From NCBI GenBank assembly GCA_014382705.1, contig JACNJE010000095.1, forward strand, positions 303 to 64,302: a stretch of DNA of 64,000 nucleotides. Reading direction: 5' to 3'. The notes under the pieces were generated by a model that did not search any database, was not told where the DNA came from, and saw only the letters and a program-made list of their open reading frames with translations. This stretch comes from Verrucomicrobiota bacterium. GTDB lineage: Bacteria; Verrucomicrobiota; Verrucomicrobiia; Limisphaerales; UBA1096. A program made the translations under genes and the position numbers. Shown here piece after piece: positions 57,423 through 64,000 of the stretch (position 1 is its first letter; every line of letters begins with the position of its first letter).

Positions 57423-58582
57423 CAGGGAATGGTCTTGAGCGTGCGCACGTCGAGCAGCGGCAGCGCGGGCCAGCGCGGATCGATAGCCTCGATGCCGGTG
57501 AGGACAACCCGGCGGTTGCGCAGCATGCTCATCAGCCGCTCGAAGGTGATCGGCTCGCCGTCGCCGCTGTCGGCGGTCTTGAGCGGCCCGGAGTCGGAGG
57601 AGTAAAGATAGTTGATCGTCCGGCCGTTGTCGTCGAGCAGCTCGAACCGGCTCGGGGCCTTTGGGCTTCGGAAAAAGCGCCGCTTGATTCTGCCTTCGCG
57701 GGTGACGATGCGTGGCGGCGGCACCGGCAGCTTCGCCTCGGTGACGGCGGGGGCCGTTTCCAGCTTGGCTTCCTCGGCGTCCTCCGGGTTGCCCATCGGC
57801 GGCTTTTGCGTTTCGGCGGCCTCGGTACCGTCGGCGGCTTCGACCACGACGACCTCCGGCTCTGGCGGGTCCGGCATGTCCCCGGGCTCGGGTGTTGTCT
57901 CTGGTTCGCCCTTGACCTCGGCGACCGCTTCCGGTTCGGCCGAGGTTTCCGCCGACTCCGTTGCTTCAGCAACGTCTGCATTGCCCGGCTTGGCCTCGGG
58001 GGCCGCTTGCGGCTCTTCCGTTTCGGCCGCCTCGGCCGGTTTGGCCTCGGGCGTTTCCTCCGGCTGGGTCTCTTCGGCCGCCTCCGCTTGGCCAAGCTCA
58101 ACGAACTGGGCCGCGATGTAGGCGTGCGCGCCGGCGGGATGCTCGATCTCAATCCAGTCGCCGGCGGTGCGTTTTTCCTTCACGGCATCGCCCTTGGCCA
58201 AGCGCCCGACGATGCTGAACCGCTCGCCGCCCCCGGCGCGGACGTTGAGCTTGCTGGTGGTCACCTTGCCCTCCTTGACGAAACTCATGTGCACCCACGT
58301 TTGCCCGGCGGCCGGCATGGCGATCCTGAGCCAGTCGGCCGGCTCGCCGTCGCGCGGCGGGGCGACGGTCACCTTGGCCAGCACCGTCACCCGGTCGCCC
58401 TTTCGCAACTGGGTGACACGCTCGCCGATCAGGCTGGCCCGGGCGCGGACGTTGACGCGGTCGGCTGAGACGGTGGCCGATTCGGGGGGGGCGACTTCGC
58501 TGACAACCTCCTTGGCGCTCAGGCCTGAAACGGCCACGAGCCAAGCCAGCGCTGGGACGGGGAAACGGCCAACTGCTTTCAT
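57422..58582 (-). CDS. secreted SH3b-domain protein with a long acidic Glu/Pro/Ala-rich linker
   Basis: Signal peptide MKAVGRFPVPALAWLVAVSGLSA. Two SH3b-like segments (VNVRARAS...GDRVTVL and LNVRAGGG...GDAVKE). A low-complexity run of about 110 aa. The ORF-track N-terminal extension to 58771 is judged spurious. Confidence 0.7.
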   Translation of the reverse strand: MKAVGRFPVPALAWLVAVSGLSAKEVVSEVAPPESATVSADRVNVRARASLIGERVTQLRKGDRVTVLAKVTVAPPRDGEPADWLRIAMPAAGQTWVHMSFVKEGKVTTSKLNVRAGGGERFSIVGRLAKGDAVKEKRTAGDWIEIEHPAGAHAYIAAQFVELGQAEAAEETQPEETPEAKPAEAAETEEPQAAPEAKPGNADVAEATESAETSAEPEAVAEVKGEPETTPEPGDMPDPPEPEVVVVEAADGTEAAETQKPPMGNPEDAEEAKLETAPAVTEAKLPVPPPRIVTREGRIKRRFFRSPKAPSRFELLDDNGRTINYLYSSDSGPLKTADSGDGEPITFERLMSMLRNRRVVLTGIEAIDPRWPALPLLDVRTLKTIP

Positions 58583-58616
58583 TGGACGCCGAGTGTGAAA
58601 CGACCCCGCACCCGTG

Positions 58617-59360
58617 TCAATTCCGCCGGGCGGCTCGCGGCGTTTTTCCGGGCGGCCTGAGACACGACGCGACCTCGGTCCGGCTGAGCGGACGCCACTT
58701 TCCGGGAGGCAACTCGCCCAGCTTGACCGGCCCGACCGCCACCCGCTGAAGGCGCAACACCCGGAAGCCAAGCGCTTTAAACATCCGGCGCACCTCGCGG
58801 TTTTTGCCCTCGGCCAGCACCAGTTCCGCCTCGCTGCGGCTGTTGTTGGCGGTCAGGAGCCGGGCGCGCTTGGCCTTCAAAAAATCCCGCTTGTCGCGCA
58901 GGCCGGCCGTGAGCCGCTCCAGCGCCTCCGGCCCGAGCCGCTTGGCCACGGTCACCCGGTACGTTTTGAGCAGGCCGTGACTCGGGTGCGCCACTCGCTG
59001 GCAAAACTCCCCGTCATTGGTCAGCAGGATCAGTCCCTCGCTGTCGGCGTCGAGCCGGCCAACGGTGTAAAGGTGTCCCCAGTCCGCCGGCAACAGGTCG
59101 AACACCGTCCGGCGATCATGCGTGTCGCGGCGGGTGCAGAGAAACTTGGGCGGCTTGTTCAGGGCGACGAAGCGCTTGGCCAACGGCTTGAGCGGCCGGC
59201 CGTCGAGCGACACCGCGCTCGTCGCGGGATCCACCTTCGTGCCGAGCAGCCGGACGACCTGGCCATCGACAGTGACGCGGCCGGCGACGATCAGCTTCTC
59301 GCCTTCGCGGCGTGAAGCCACTCCGGCCTCGGAGAGATATTTTTGGAGTCGAACCGTCAC
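58617..59360 (-). CDS. RsuA/RluB-family pseudouridine synthase (S4 domain + catalytic domain)
   Basis: RLQKYLSEAGVASRREGEKLIVAGRVTVDG (S4 domain). ...VGRLDADSEGLILLTNDGEF is the catalytic Asp motif. Confidence 0.9.
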   Translation of the reverse strand: MTVRLQKYLSEAGVASRREGEKLIVAGRVTVDGQVVRLLGTKVDPATSAVSLDGRPLKPLAKRFVALNKPPKFLCTRRDTHDRRTVFDLLPADWGHLYTVGRLDADSEGLILLTNDGEFCQRVAHPSHGLLKTYRVTVAKRLGPEALERLTAGLRDKRDFLKAKRARLLTANNSRSEAELVLAEGKNREVRRMFKALGFRVLRLQRVAVGPVKLGELPPGKWRPLSRTEVASCLRPPGKTPRAARRN

Positions 59361-59418
59361 CGCCGGGAGAGGGTGCGCGGTGGGATCGGGGTCGGGCGGG
59401 CGTGGGAACCGTGGACGA

Positions 59419-59574
59419 TTATTCCTCCGGCTTGGTCTTTTTCAGGCCGGTGATGCGGTCGCCCTCCTTGAGTTCGCCGCGTTTGCGCAGCAACTCCACG
59501 CGCTCATACCGGGTGAGCACAGTGCGCTTGGCTTCCGCCGCGCCGCCGACTTTCAGGCTGGGATGTTGTGACAT
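59419..59574 (-). CDS. small basic protein (51 aa), below the ORF-track size cutoff
   Basis: My translation is MSQHPSLKVGGAAEAKRTVLTRYERVELLRKRGELKEGDRITGLKKTKPEE. It resembles, from memory, the conserved 'small basic protein' family found in PVC bacteria. Confidence 0.55.
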   Translation of the reverse strand: MSQHPSLKVGGAAEAKRTVLTRYERVELLRKRGELKEGDRITGLKKTKPEE

Positions 59575-59690
59575 TTTCTTAAAAAACAGGCGATTTGGAG
59601 TCCCGCCGCCGAATTGCGGGCGCGGGAACCTACCACACCCCGCCCCGATTGCAACGGGTATTTTTTGGGCGGAGTTTTAAGTTTGAAGTT

Positions 59691-59870
59691 TCAAGTTTTC
59701 AGTAATACTTGAAGGTACTCCTTGATGGCGACTTGGATATTTTTCAGGGCCTCCTCTTCGGTCGCACCTTGGGACCAGCAGCCGGGCAAGGCCGGGCAAC
59801 CGACCGCGTAACCCTCTTCCGATGCCTTCAAGATCACTGGATAATCCAAGCACACACCGCCAAAGTTCAC
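59691..59870 (-). CDS. HicB-like (UPF0150) antitoxin-family small protein, non-ATG start, no adjacent hicA
   Basis: My translation is (V)NFGGVCLDYPVILKASEEGYAVGCPALPGCWSQGATEEEALKNIQVAIKEYLQVLLKT. The GY.A..P.LPGC.SQG.T.EEAL.N motif is characteristic of HicB/UPF0150. The start could be GTG at 59870 or the TTG at the L of LDYPV. Confidence 0.6.
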   Translation of the reverse strand: MNFGGVCLDYPVILKASEEGYAVGCPALPGCWSQGATEEEALKNIQVAIKEYLQVLLKT

Positions 59871-59943
59871 CCTTCGAGCAGGCTCGTCAAGGAATCAAAT
59901 TAGACTCAAGGTCGTTTCGAAACCCAGCGCTTGGCCAAGCGGT

Positions 59944-61428
59944 TTAGTTGAGTTCGCCGGGGGGGATTTCGTTGAGGGTGTAGTAGCCGACCGGGTGCAG
60001 GATCGGCAGGCCGTTGGCCGAGCGGACGCCCTCGGCGTGCAGCTCGTGGACATTCCCATGGATGAGGCTGTCCACGGTGAGGCGCACGGTTTTCGGGCCG
60101 GTGACCTCAACGCCCGTGATCTTCGGGGCCGTTTTGTCGACGACCGGGCTGCCGTAGTCGGCGCGGTAAATATAGGTGTAGGCGCTCATGCTGTAGGAAG
60201 CCAGGTCGCCGGCACTCACGGCGTCCACCTCATGCGTGAAGGTCAGTTCAAAGCCGTCCGGCTTGGCGCGCATCTCGTGGATCTCGAACGGCACGCCGCC
60301 CTTCCACGTGACGCGGTCGAGCGCGAACCGCTTGCCGCCCCGGGCGCCCCAGCCGCGGTCAGTGCCGCCGACAAACAGCGTGCCATTGGGATGCATATAG
60401 GCGCTGATGTTCCCGGAGCCGAAGCCCTTTAAAAACGAGAATGCCGCGCCCTGGTAGACGCCGTTGACCTTCTCGAGAAAGGCACGATTGACCACCGAGA
60501 AGGTCTGGTCGCAAACGAGCAACTGGTTCTTGAACGGGCCGAATTTGCCGTTGCTGTCGTAGGCGAAACCGCTGGTCGAGTTGCCCAGGATGCCGTGCGG
60601 GAACACGATGGCCGACGGCACGAGATTGGGGATTTTTGCCCGCTCGGCCACCCACCGGCTGTTGGTCTTCGGTTCGGTGGGGCGCTTGCCCATCGACGCC
60701 TTCGCCGCCGCAGTGTCGTACCAGCGGAAGCCCCCGGGGTGGCCTTGGAACGTCCCGTGCGAGAGTGGCTTGAGCGAGCTGGAGCCGTTCCACGGGCCTT
60801 GGTTGTCGGCGTAAAACGCCTCGCCCAAATGATTGAGACCGATGCCGCCCGGCGAGCGGATGCCGCTGGCGGTCGGGATGAGTTCGCCCTCTTTCGTCAC
60901 GCGCACGCACCAGCCACGATAGTCAATCTGGCTGGAAAACGAACCGGTGAGGCAGAGCACGATCCACATGTCGCCGTTCGGGTCGGGCCGGGTGCCGAAG
61001 GCGTACTCGTGGTAGTCGCCGGTGATGCCCCAGCCGTCATTAACCGTCTCGAAAACGTCGGCGCGGTCGTCGCCGTTGACGTCCCTCATGCGGGTCAACT
61101 CGCCGCGCTGGGTGCAGTAGAGCCAGCCGTCGGTGAAGGCGAGATTCAGCGGCTCGTGCAACCCCTCGGCGTAGAGGGCCCACTCGATCTTGTCCGGCGG
61201 GCCGAACGGGTCGGACAATACATAGACGTTACCGCGGCGGCCGCAGATCGCCAGCTTGCCGCCCGGCATCATCTCGATGCCGCTGGTCTCCACCACGACA
61301 CCGTCCGGCATCGGGATGGCGTCGATCTGGTAATAGTCGGACTCGGCCGGGTCGGCGGCGCGCGGGGCGACCGCTTGGCCAAGCGCAAGGCCGGCCAGCA
61401 GTGTGAAGCGTGTCACTTGGTTTATCAT
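59944..61428 (-). CDS. secreted beta-propeller 'membrane-bound dehydrogenase domain'-like protein (PQQ/sugar dehydrogenase-like fold)
   Basis: Signal peptide MINQVTRFTLLAGLALGQA. DYYQIDAIPMPDGVVVETSGIEMMPGGKLAICGRRGNVYV resembles the PVC putative dehydrogenase family. The ORF-track extension to 61989 is judged spurious. Confidence 0.65.
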   Translation of the reverse strand: MINQVTRFTLLAGLALGQAVAPRAADPAESDYYQIDAIPMPDGVVVETSGIEMMPGGKLAICGRRGNVYVLSDPFGPPDKIEWALYAEGLHEPLNLAFTDGWLYCTQRGELTRMRDVNGDDRADVFETVNDGWGITGDYHEYAFGTRPDPNGDMWIVLCLTGSFSSQIDYRGWCVRVTKEGELIPTASGIRSPGGIGLNHLGEAFYADNQGPWNGSSSLKPLSHGTFQGHPGGFRWYDTAAAKASMGKRPTEPKTNSRWVAERAKIPNLVPSAIVFPHGILGNSTSGFAYDSNGKFGPFKNQLLVCDQTFSVVNRAFLEKVNGVYQGAAFSFLKGFGSGNISAYMHPNGTLFVGGTDRGWGARGGKRFALDRVTWKGGVPFEIHEMRAKPDGFELTFTHEVDAVSAGDLASYSMSAYTYIYRADYGSPVVDKTAPKITGVEVTGPKTVRLTVDSLIHGNVHELHAEGVRSANGLPILHPVGYYTLNEIPPGELN

Positions 61429-61454
61429 TTTAAAATCTCCTTTGTTTTCAGGGG

Positions 61455-63038
61455 TTACAGGTTCCACTCGTACTGCTGCTTGAGGGTCGCCTGGCCATCG
61501 ACGTTTAGCTTGATGAGCAGTTCCTTGCGGCCGCCGCTCGTGCGGATCAGCGGCTTGGCCTCGAGTTCCGGGAAGCTGACGCGCAGCATCGAGCCGCCGA
61601 TGTTGTAGCCGCCATCCTGCTCGGTGATCGAGTCGGCGGCGGCGGCGAGGTACCACACCTCGCCGGTTCCGCGGATGCGAAGCCGGCGGGTGACCGACGG
61701 CAGCGCGCCGGCCTTCGGTTCGGCGTAGTCGGCCACCTGCAGGTCGTCCCCGATCTTGTATCCGAAGATCGGGCGCCGGTGCTCTGGGAGAAGAAAGTAG
61801 CCACGAAACTTCAGGCCCTTGGCGCGGGTGTCGCGGCCCTCGGCCCTTGGCCAAGCGGCGTCCGCGCTGTCGAGTTGCGCGAACGGCTGGTCGCGGGTGA
61901 GCTGGATCAGGTAGTGGCCGGACGGTCGCTGGAAGCCTTGGCCGCGGCCGTTCCAATGCCGCGCCGCATCCATGAACGCGCCGTGCCACAGCATCGCGAT
62001 CTGCATCGTGTTGGCGTCGAAACAGAGGTTTACTTTTTCCGGATAGCCGACGCCGATGCCGCGCGGGCTGGCACCCTCGATGAAGTTGCGGTAGACGCGC
62101 GCCTCGTCGTTGACGGCGATCGGATTGCCGGTCGGGAAGGCCGGCCCCCGGCGCGGCGGCTGGATGGTCTGCTTGGCCAACTGCAGGCGCTTGATGCCAG
62201 GGCCGGACATGTCGAGCGCGAGCTGCTCCTCGCCGCCTTTCTCGAAATACTCCAGCCTCAACTTCGCGGTGCCCGGCTCGAGGGCGATGCTGCCTTTCTT
62301 GGCCCGCATGCTGTGGACGCCGTCGTTGTCCACGACCAGCTTGCTGTTGATGTAAAGGCGCGAGCCGTCATCGGAGCCGAGGTTAAACGCGTAGTCGCCC
62401 TTCCGGGCGATGTCGATGTCGCCCTCGAACACCACGCCAAAATTTTCGCCCACGCCGGCCAAGCCGGGGTCGGCCGTGCCGCTCTCAGCCTTGCCGGTCT
62501 TGAACGGCTTGAGCTTGGAGAAGTCCGGCAACTTGTCCCACGATCCCTTGTAGGCGGCGAAGGTGAATCGGTTGATTTTGCCCTTGGCGATGAGGCCGTC
62601 GGGATCCTCCGTGCTGCCGCCCTCGCTGAGCGAGCGCACGTAGGCGATGAGCGCCTTCATCTCCGCGTCGTTCACGGCGGGCGGCGGCGGCATCGGCGCG
62701 GCGGCCTCCTTGGACACCTTGTCCATCGGCTTGCGGATCGACTCAGCGAAATACGCCTCGTCAAACGTCACCGTGGCGTCCGGGCCGCCGTAGCCGATCG
62801 TCACGGTGCGTTTTTTGCCCCAAAAACCGCCGATAAACTTCGGCGCTTTCATGGCGATCCCGGCCGGCGCGGGCACGCTCTCGTCCACCTGATGGCAGGT
62901 GAAACAGATTTTTGCCTGAAAGAGCGCCTTGCCCTCGGCGATCAATTTCGCGTCATCCGCAGCCTGTGCCGGCAGTAATAATCCGGCCGCCGCCAGGCTG
63001 ATGACGCACAACGATTGGCCTCGCTTGGTTCTATGCAT
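61455..63038 (-). CDS. secreted cytochrome c domain + PA14 domain protein
   Basis: Signal peptide, CFTCH heme-binding motif, and a PA14-like segment GVVFEGDIDIARKGDYAFNLGSDDGSRLYINSKLVVDNDG. The ORF-track extension to 63284 is judged spurious. Confidence 0.7.
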   Translation of the reverse strand: MHRTKRGQSLCVISLAAAGLLLPAQAADDAKLIAEGKALFQAKICFTCHQVDESVPAPAGIAMKAPKFIGGFWGKKRTVTIGYGGPDATVTFDEAYFAESIRKPMDKVSKEAAAPMPPPPAVNDAEMKALIAYVRSLSEGGSTEDPDGLIAKGKINRFTFAAYKGSWDKLPDFSKLKPFKTGKAESGTADPGLAGVGENFGVVFEGDIDIARKGDYAFNLGSDDGSRLYINSKLVVDNDGVHSMRAKKGSIALEPGTAKLRLEYFEKGGEEQLALDMSGPGIKRLQLAKQTIQPPRRGPAFPTGNPIAVNDEARVYRNFIEGASPRGIGVGYPEKVNLCFDANTMQIAMLWHGAFMDAARHWNGRGQGFQRPSGHYLIQLTRDQPFAQLDSADAAWPRAEGRDTRAKGLKFRGYFLLPEHRRPIFGYKIGDDLQVADYAEPKAGALPSVTRRLRIRGTGEVWYLAAAADSITEQDGGYNIGGSMLRVSFPELEAKPLIRTSGGRKELLIKLNVDGQATLKQQYEWNL

Positions 63039-63146
63039 GCGTGGCGCGGATGGTGCACACCCGCGCCGGTCTGTCGAGCCGTTCCTCAAAAAAGTCCATC
63101 GGGACTCGACGGCCAAGCCGCTTTTCCGTAACCAACCGGGCAGTTC

Positions 63147-64000
63147 ATGTTTCCGGTCGGTCTCTACCTGTTGGCGCTCGTCGGGGGCGCGGTGATTTCC
63201 GCGGCCTCGCTGCCGCTGTGGAAACGCTGGTGCGAACATATCGGGCTGCTGGACGCGCCAGGCCACCGGAAAATTCACGACCACCCTGTGCCGCTGGCCG
63301 GCGGCTTGGCCGTGGTCACCGGCTTGGCCGCGCCGATCCTCGCCGCCGCCGCGTGGATTTGGCTTGGCCCGTTGCCGGAATCATTCTCGCACGTCGTGGC
63401 CCACGGCTTGGCCAAGCGGGGCTGGCAACTGGCCGCCATCCTCGGCGGCGCGGTGGCCATGCTGGCGCTGGGCATTTTGGATGACCGACGCGACCTGTCG
63501 GCCAATTGGAAGTTTGCTGGCCAACTGCTGATTGCGGTCGCGGTTGCCGCCAGCGGCATCCGCGTGACGGTGTTCGTCGAGAGCCCAGTGTTCAGCTACG
63601 CCGTCACGGTGCTGTGGATTTTGACCGTCACCAACGCCGTCAATTTTCAGGACAACATGAACGGCCTGTGCGCCGGGCTGGGGCTGGTCGGTGGCTGGTT
63701 CTTCGCGTGGCACGCCGGGCTGGAGGGACAGTACCTCGTCGCGTCGCTGGCGTTTCTGTTCACTGGCGCACTGGCCGGTTTTCTGCCGTTCAACTTCCCG
63801 CGCGGCGGCGTGTTCCTCGGAGACGGCGGCAGCCACGTCGTCGGTTTCCTGCTCGCCGTGCTGGCGATCCTCCCCGATTTTCACTCTTCGGCCAGCCAGC
63901 CCAAGTGGCTCGTGCTCGCGCCGCTGCTCGTGCTCGCCGTGCCGCTGGCCGACTTGGTTTCGGTGATCCTCATCCGCCGCCGACTTGGCCAAGCGGTGTG
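63147..64000 (+). CDS. MraY/WecA-family polyprenyl-phosphate N-acetylhexosamine-1-phosphate transferase (GT4 family), 3'-partial
   Basis: My translation is MFPVGLYLLALVGGAVISAASLPLWKRWCEHIGLLDAPGHRKIHDHPVPLAGG...LGILDDRRDL...TNAVNFQDNMNGL...VFLGDGGSHVVGF. These are hallmark motifs of the family. The ORF runs off the window and is not in the ORF track. Confidence 0.85.
   Translation, partial: MFPVGLYLLALVGGAVISAASLPLWKRWCEHIGLLDAPGHRKIHDHPVPLAGGLAVVTGLAAPILAAAAWIWLGPLPESFSHVVAHGLAKRGWQLAAILGGAVAMLALGILDDRRDLSANWKFAGQLLIAVAVAASGIRVTVFVESPVFSYAVTVLWILTVTNAVNFQDNMNGLCAGLGLVGGWFFAWHAGLEGQYLVASLAFLFTGALAGFLPFNFPRGGVFLGDGGSHVVGFLLAVLAILPDFHSSASQPKWLVLAPLLVLAVPLADLVSVILIRRRLGQAV

Noticed and set aside
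59681-59706. Short AAGTTT-type repeats (TTTTAAGTTTGAAGTTTCAAGTTTTCAG) at the end of the HicB-like ORF.
   Set aside because: A low-complexity AT-rich stretch overlapping the stop codon region. It is too short and degenerate to call a functional repeat.
57422-63284. Long N-terminal extensions of track ORFs 57422-58771, 59944-61989, 61455-63284, 28549-29226, 30721-31911, 6167-7525 and 4078-6246.
   Set aside because: The extensions are Arg/Pro/Gly-rich and overlap the upstream gene or its promoter region. In each case an internal Met is followed by a convincing signal peptide or the conserved family N-terminus, so the shorter coordinates were used.

Overview
This is a high-GC (roughly 60-65% by eye) bacterial chromosomal window. 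Its gene content points to the PVC superphylum, Verrucomicrobiota or Planctomycetota: three pairs of the lineage-typical DUF1549/DUF1553(PSD1)+DUF1501 and DUF1592-family+DUF1552 genes, a Cys-type sulfatase, and giant TPR proteins. From left to right the window contains: (1) An AT-rich edge of an integrase-bearing element abutting tRNA-Thr(CGU), followed by a decayed transposase/Fic remnant and an orphan ORF. (2) A 19-kb co-directional array on the + strand: PSD1, DUF1501, an 812-aa TPR protein, a 2614-aa giant TPR/beta-sandwich protein, exbB, exbD, exbD, a Pro-rich membrane protein, a DUF4159 fusion and a TPR protein. (3) An AbrB/PIN toxin-antitoxin pair. (4) A 13-gene porin-urtABCDE-ureABCEFGD urea uptake and urease supercluster on the - strand. 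(5) A + strand operon with a Tat-signal protein, an MlrC-like peptidase, a BNR/sialidase-fold protein, PSCyt-PSD1, DUF1501 and a class-V aminotransferase. (6) A - strand operon with a DUF1592-family protein, DUF1552, a sulfatase and a NagB-like protein. (7) Housekeeping genes (folD, a pseudouridine synthase, an SH3b protein, a 51-aa small basic protein), an orphan HicB-like ORF, a cytochrome c/PA14 plus beta-propeller dehydrogenase-like pair, and a partial MraY/WecA-family gene. The most unusual signal is not a gene. It is a 14-bp perfect palindrome, CGCTTGGCCAAGCG. By eye I count 22 perfect copies and 57 copies of its 10-bp core CTTGGCCAAG. It lies inside genes on both strands, is used in only two of three reading frames, recurs at signal-peptide cleavage sites, is enriched and extended into longer hairpins in intergenic DNA, and is absent from the putatively foreign left end. 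It behaves like a HIP1-type highly iterated palindrome, and I do not recognise it as a described element. All counts and homology calls come from reading the sequence and from memory of protein families. No searches were run.
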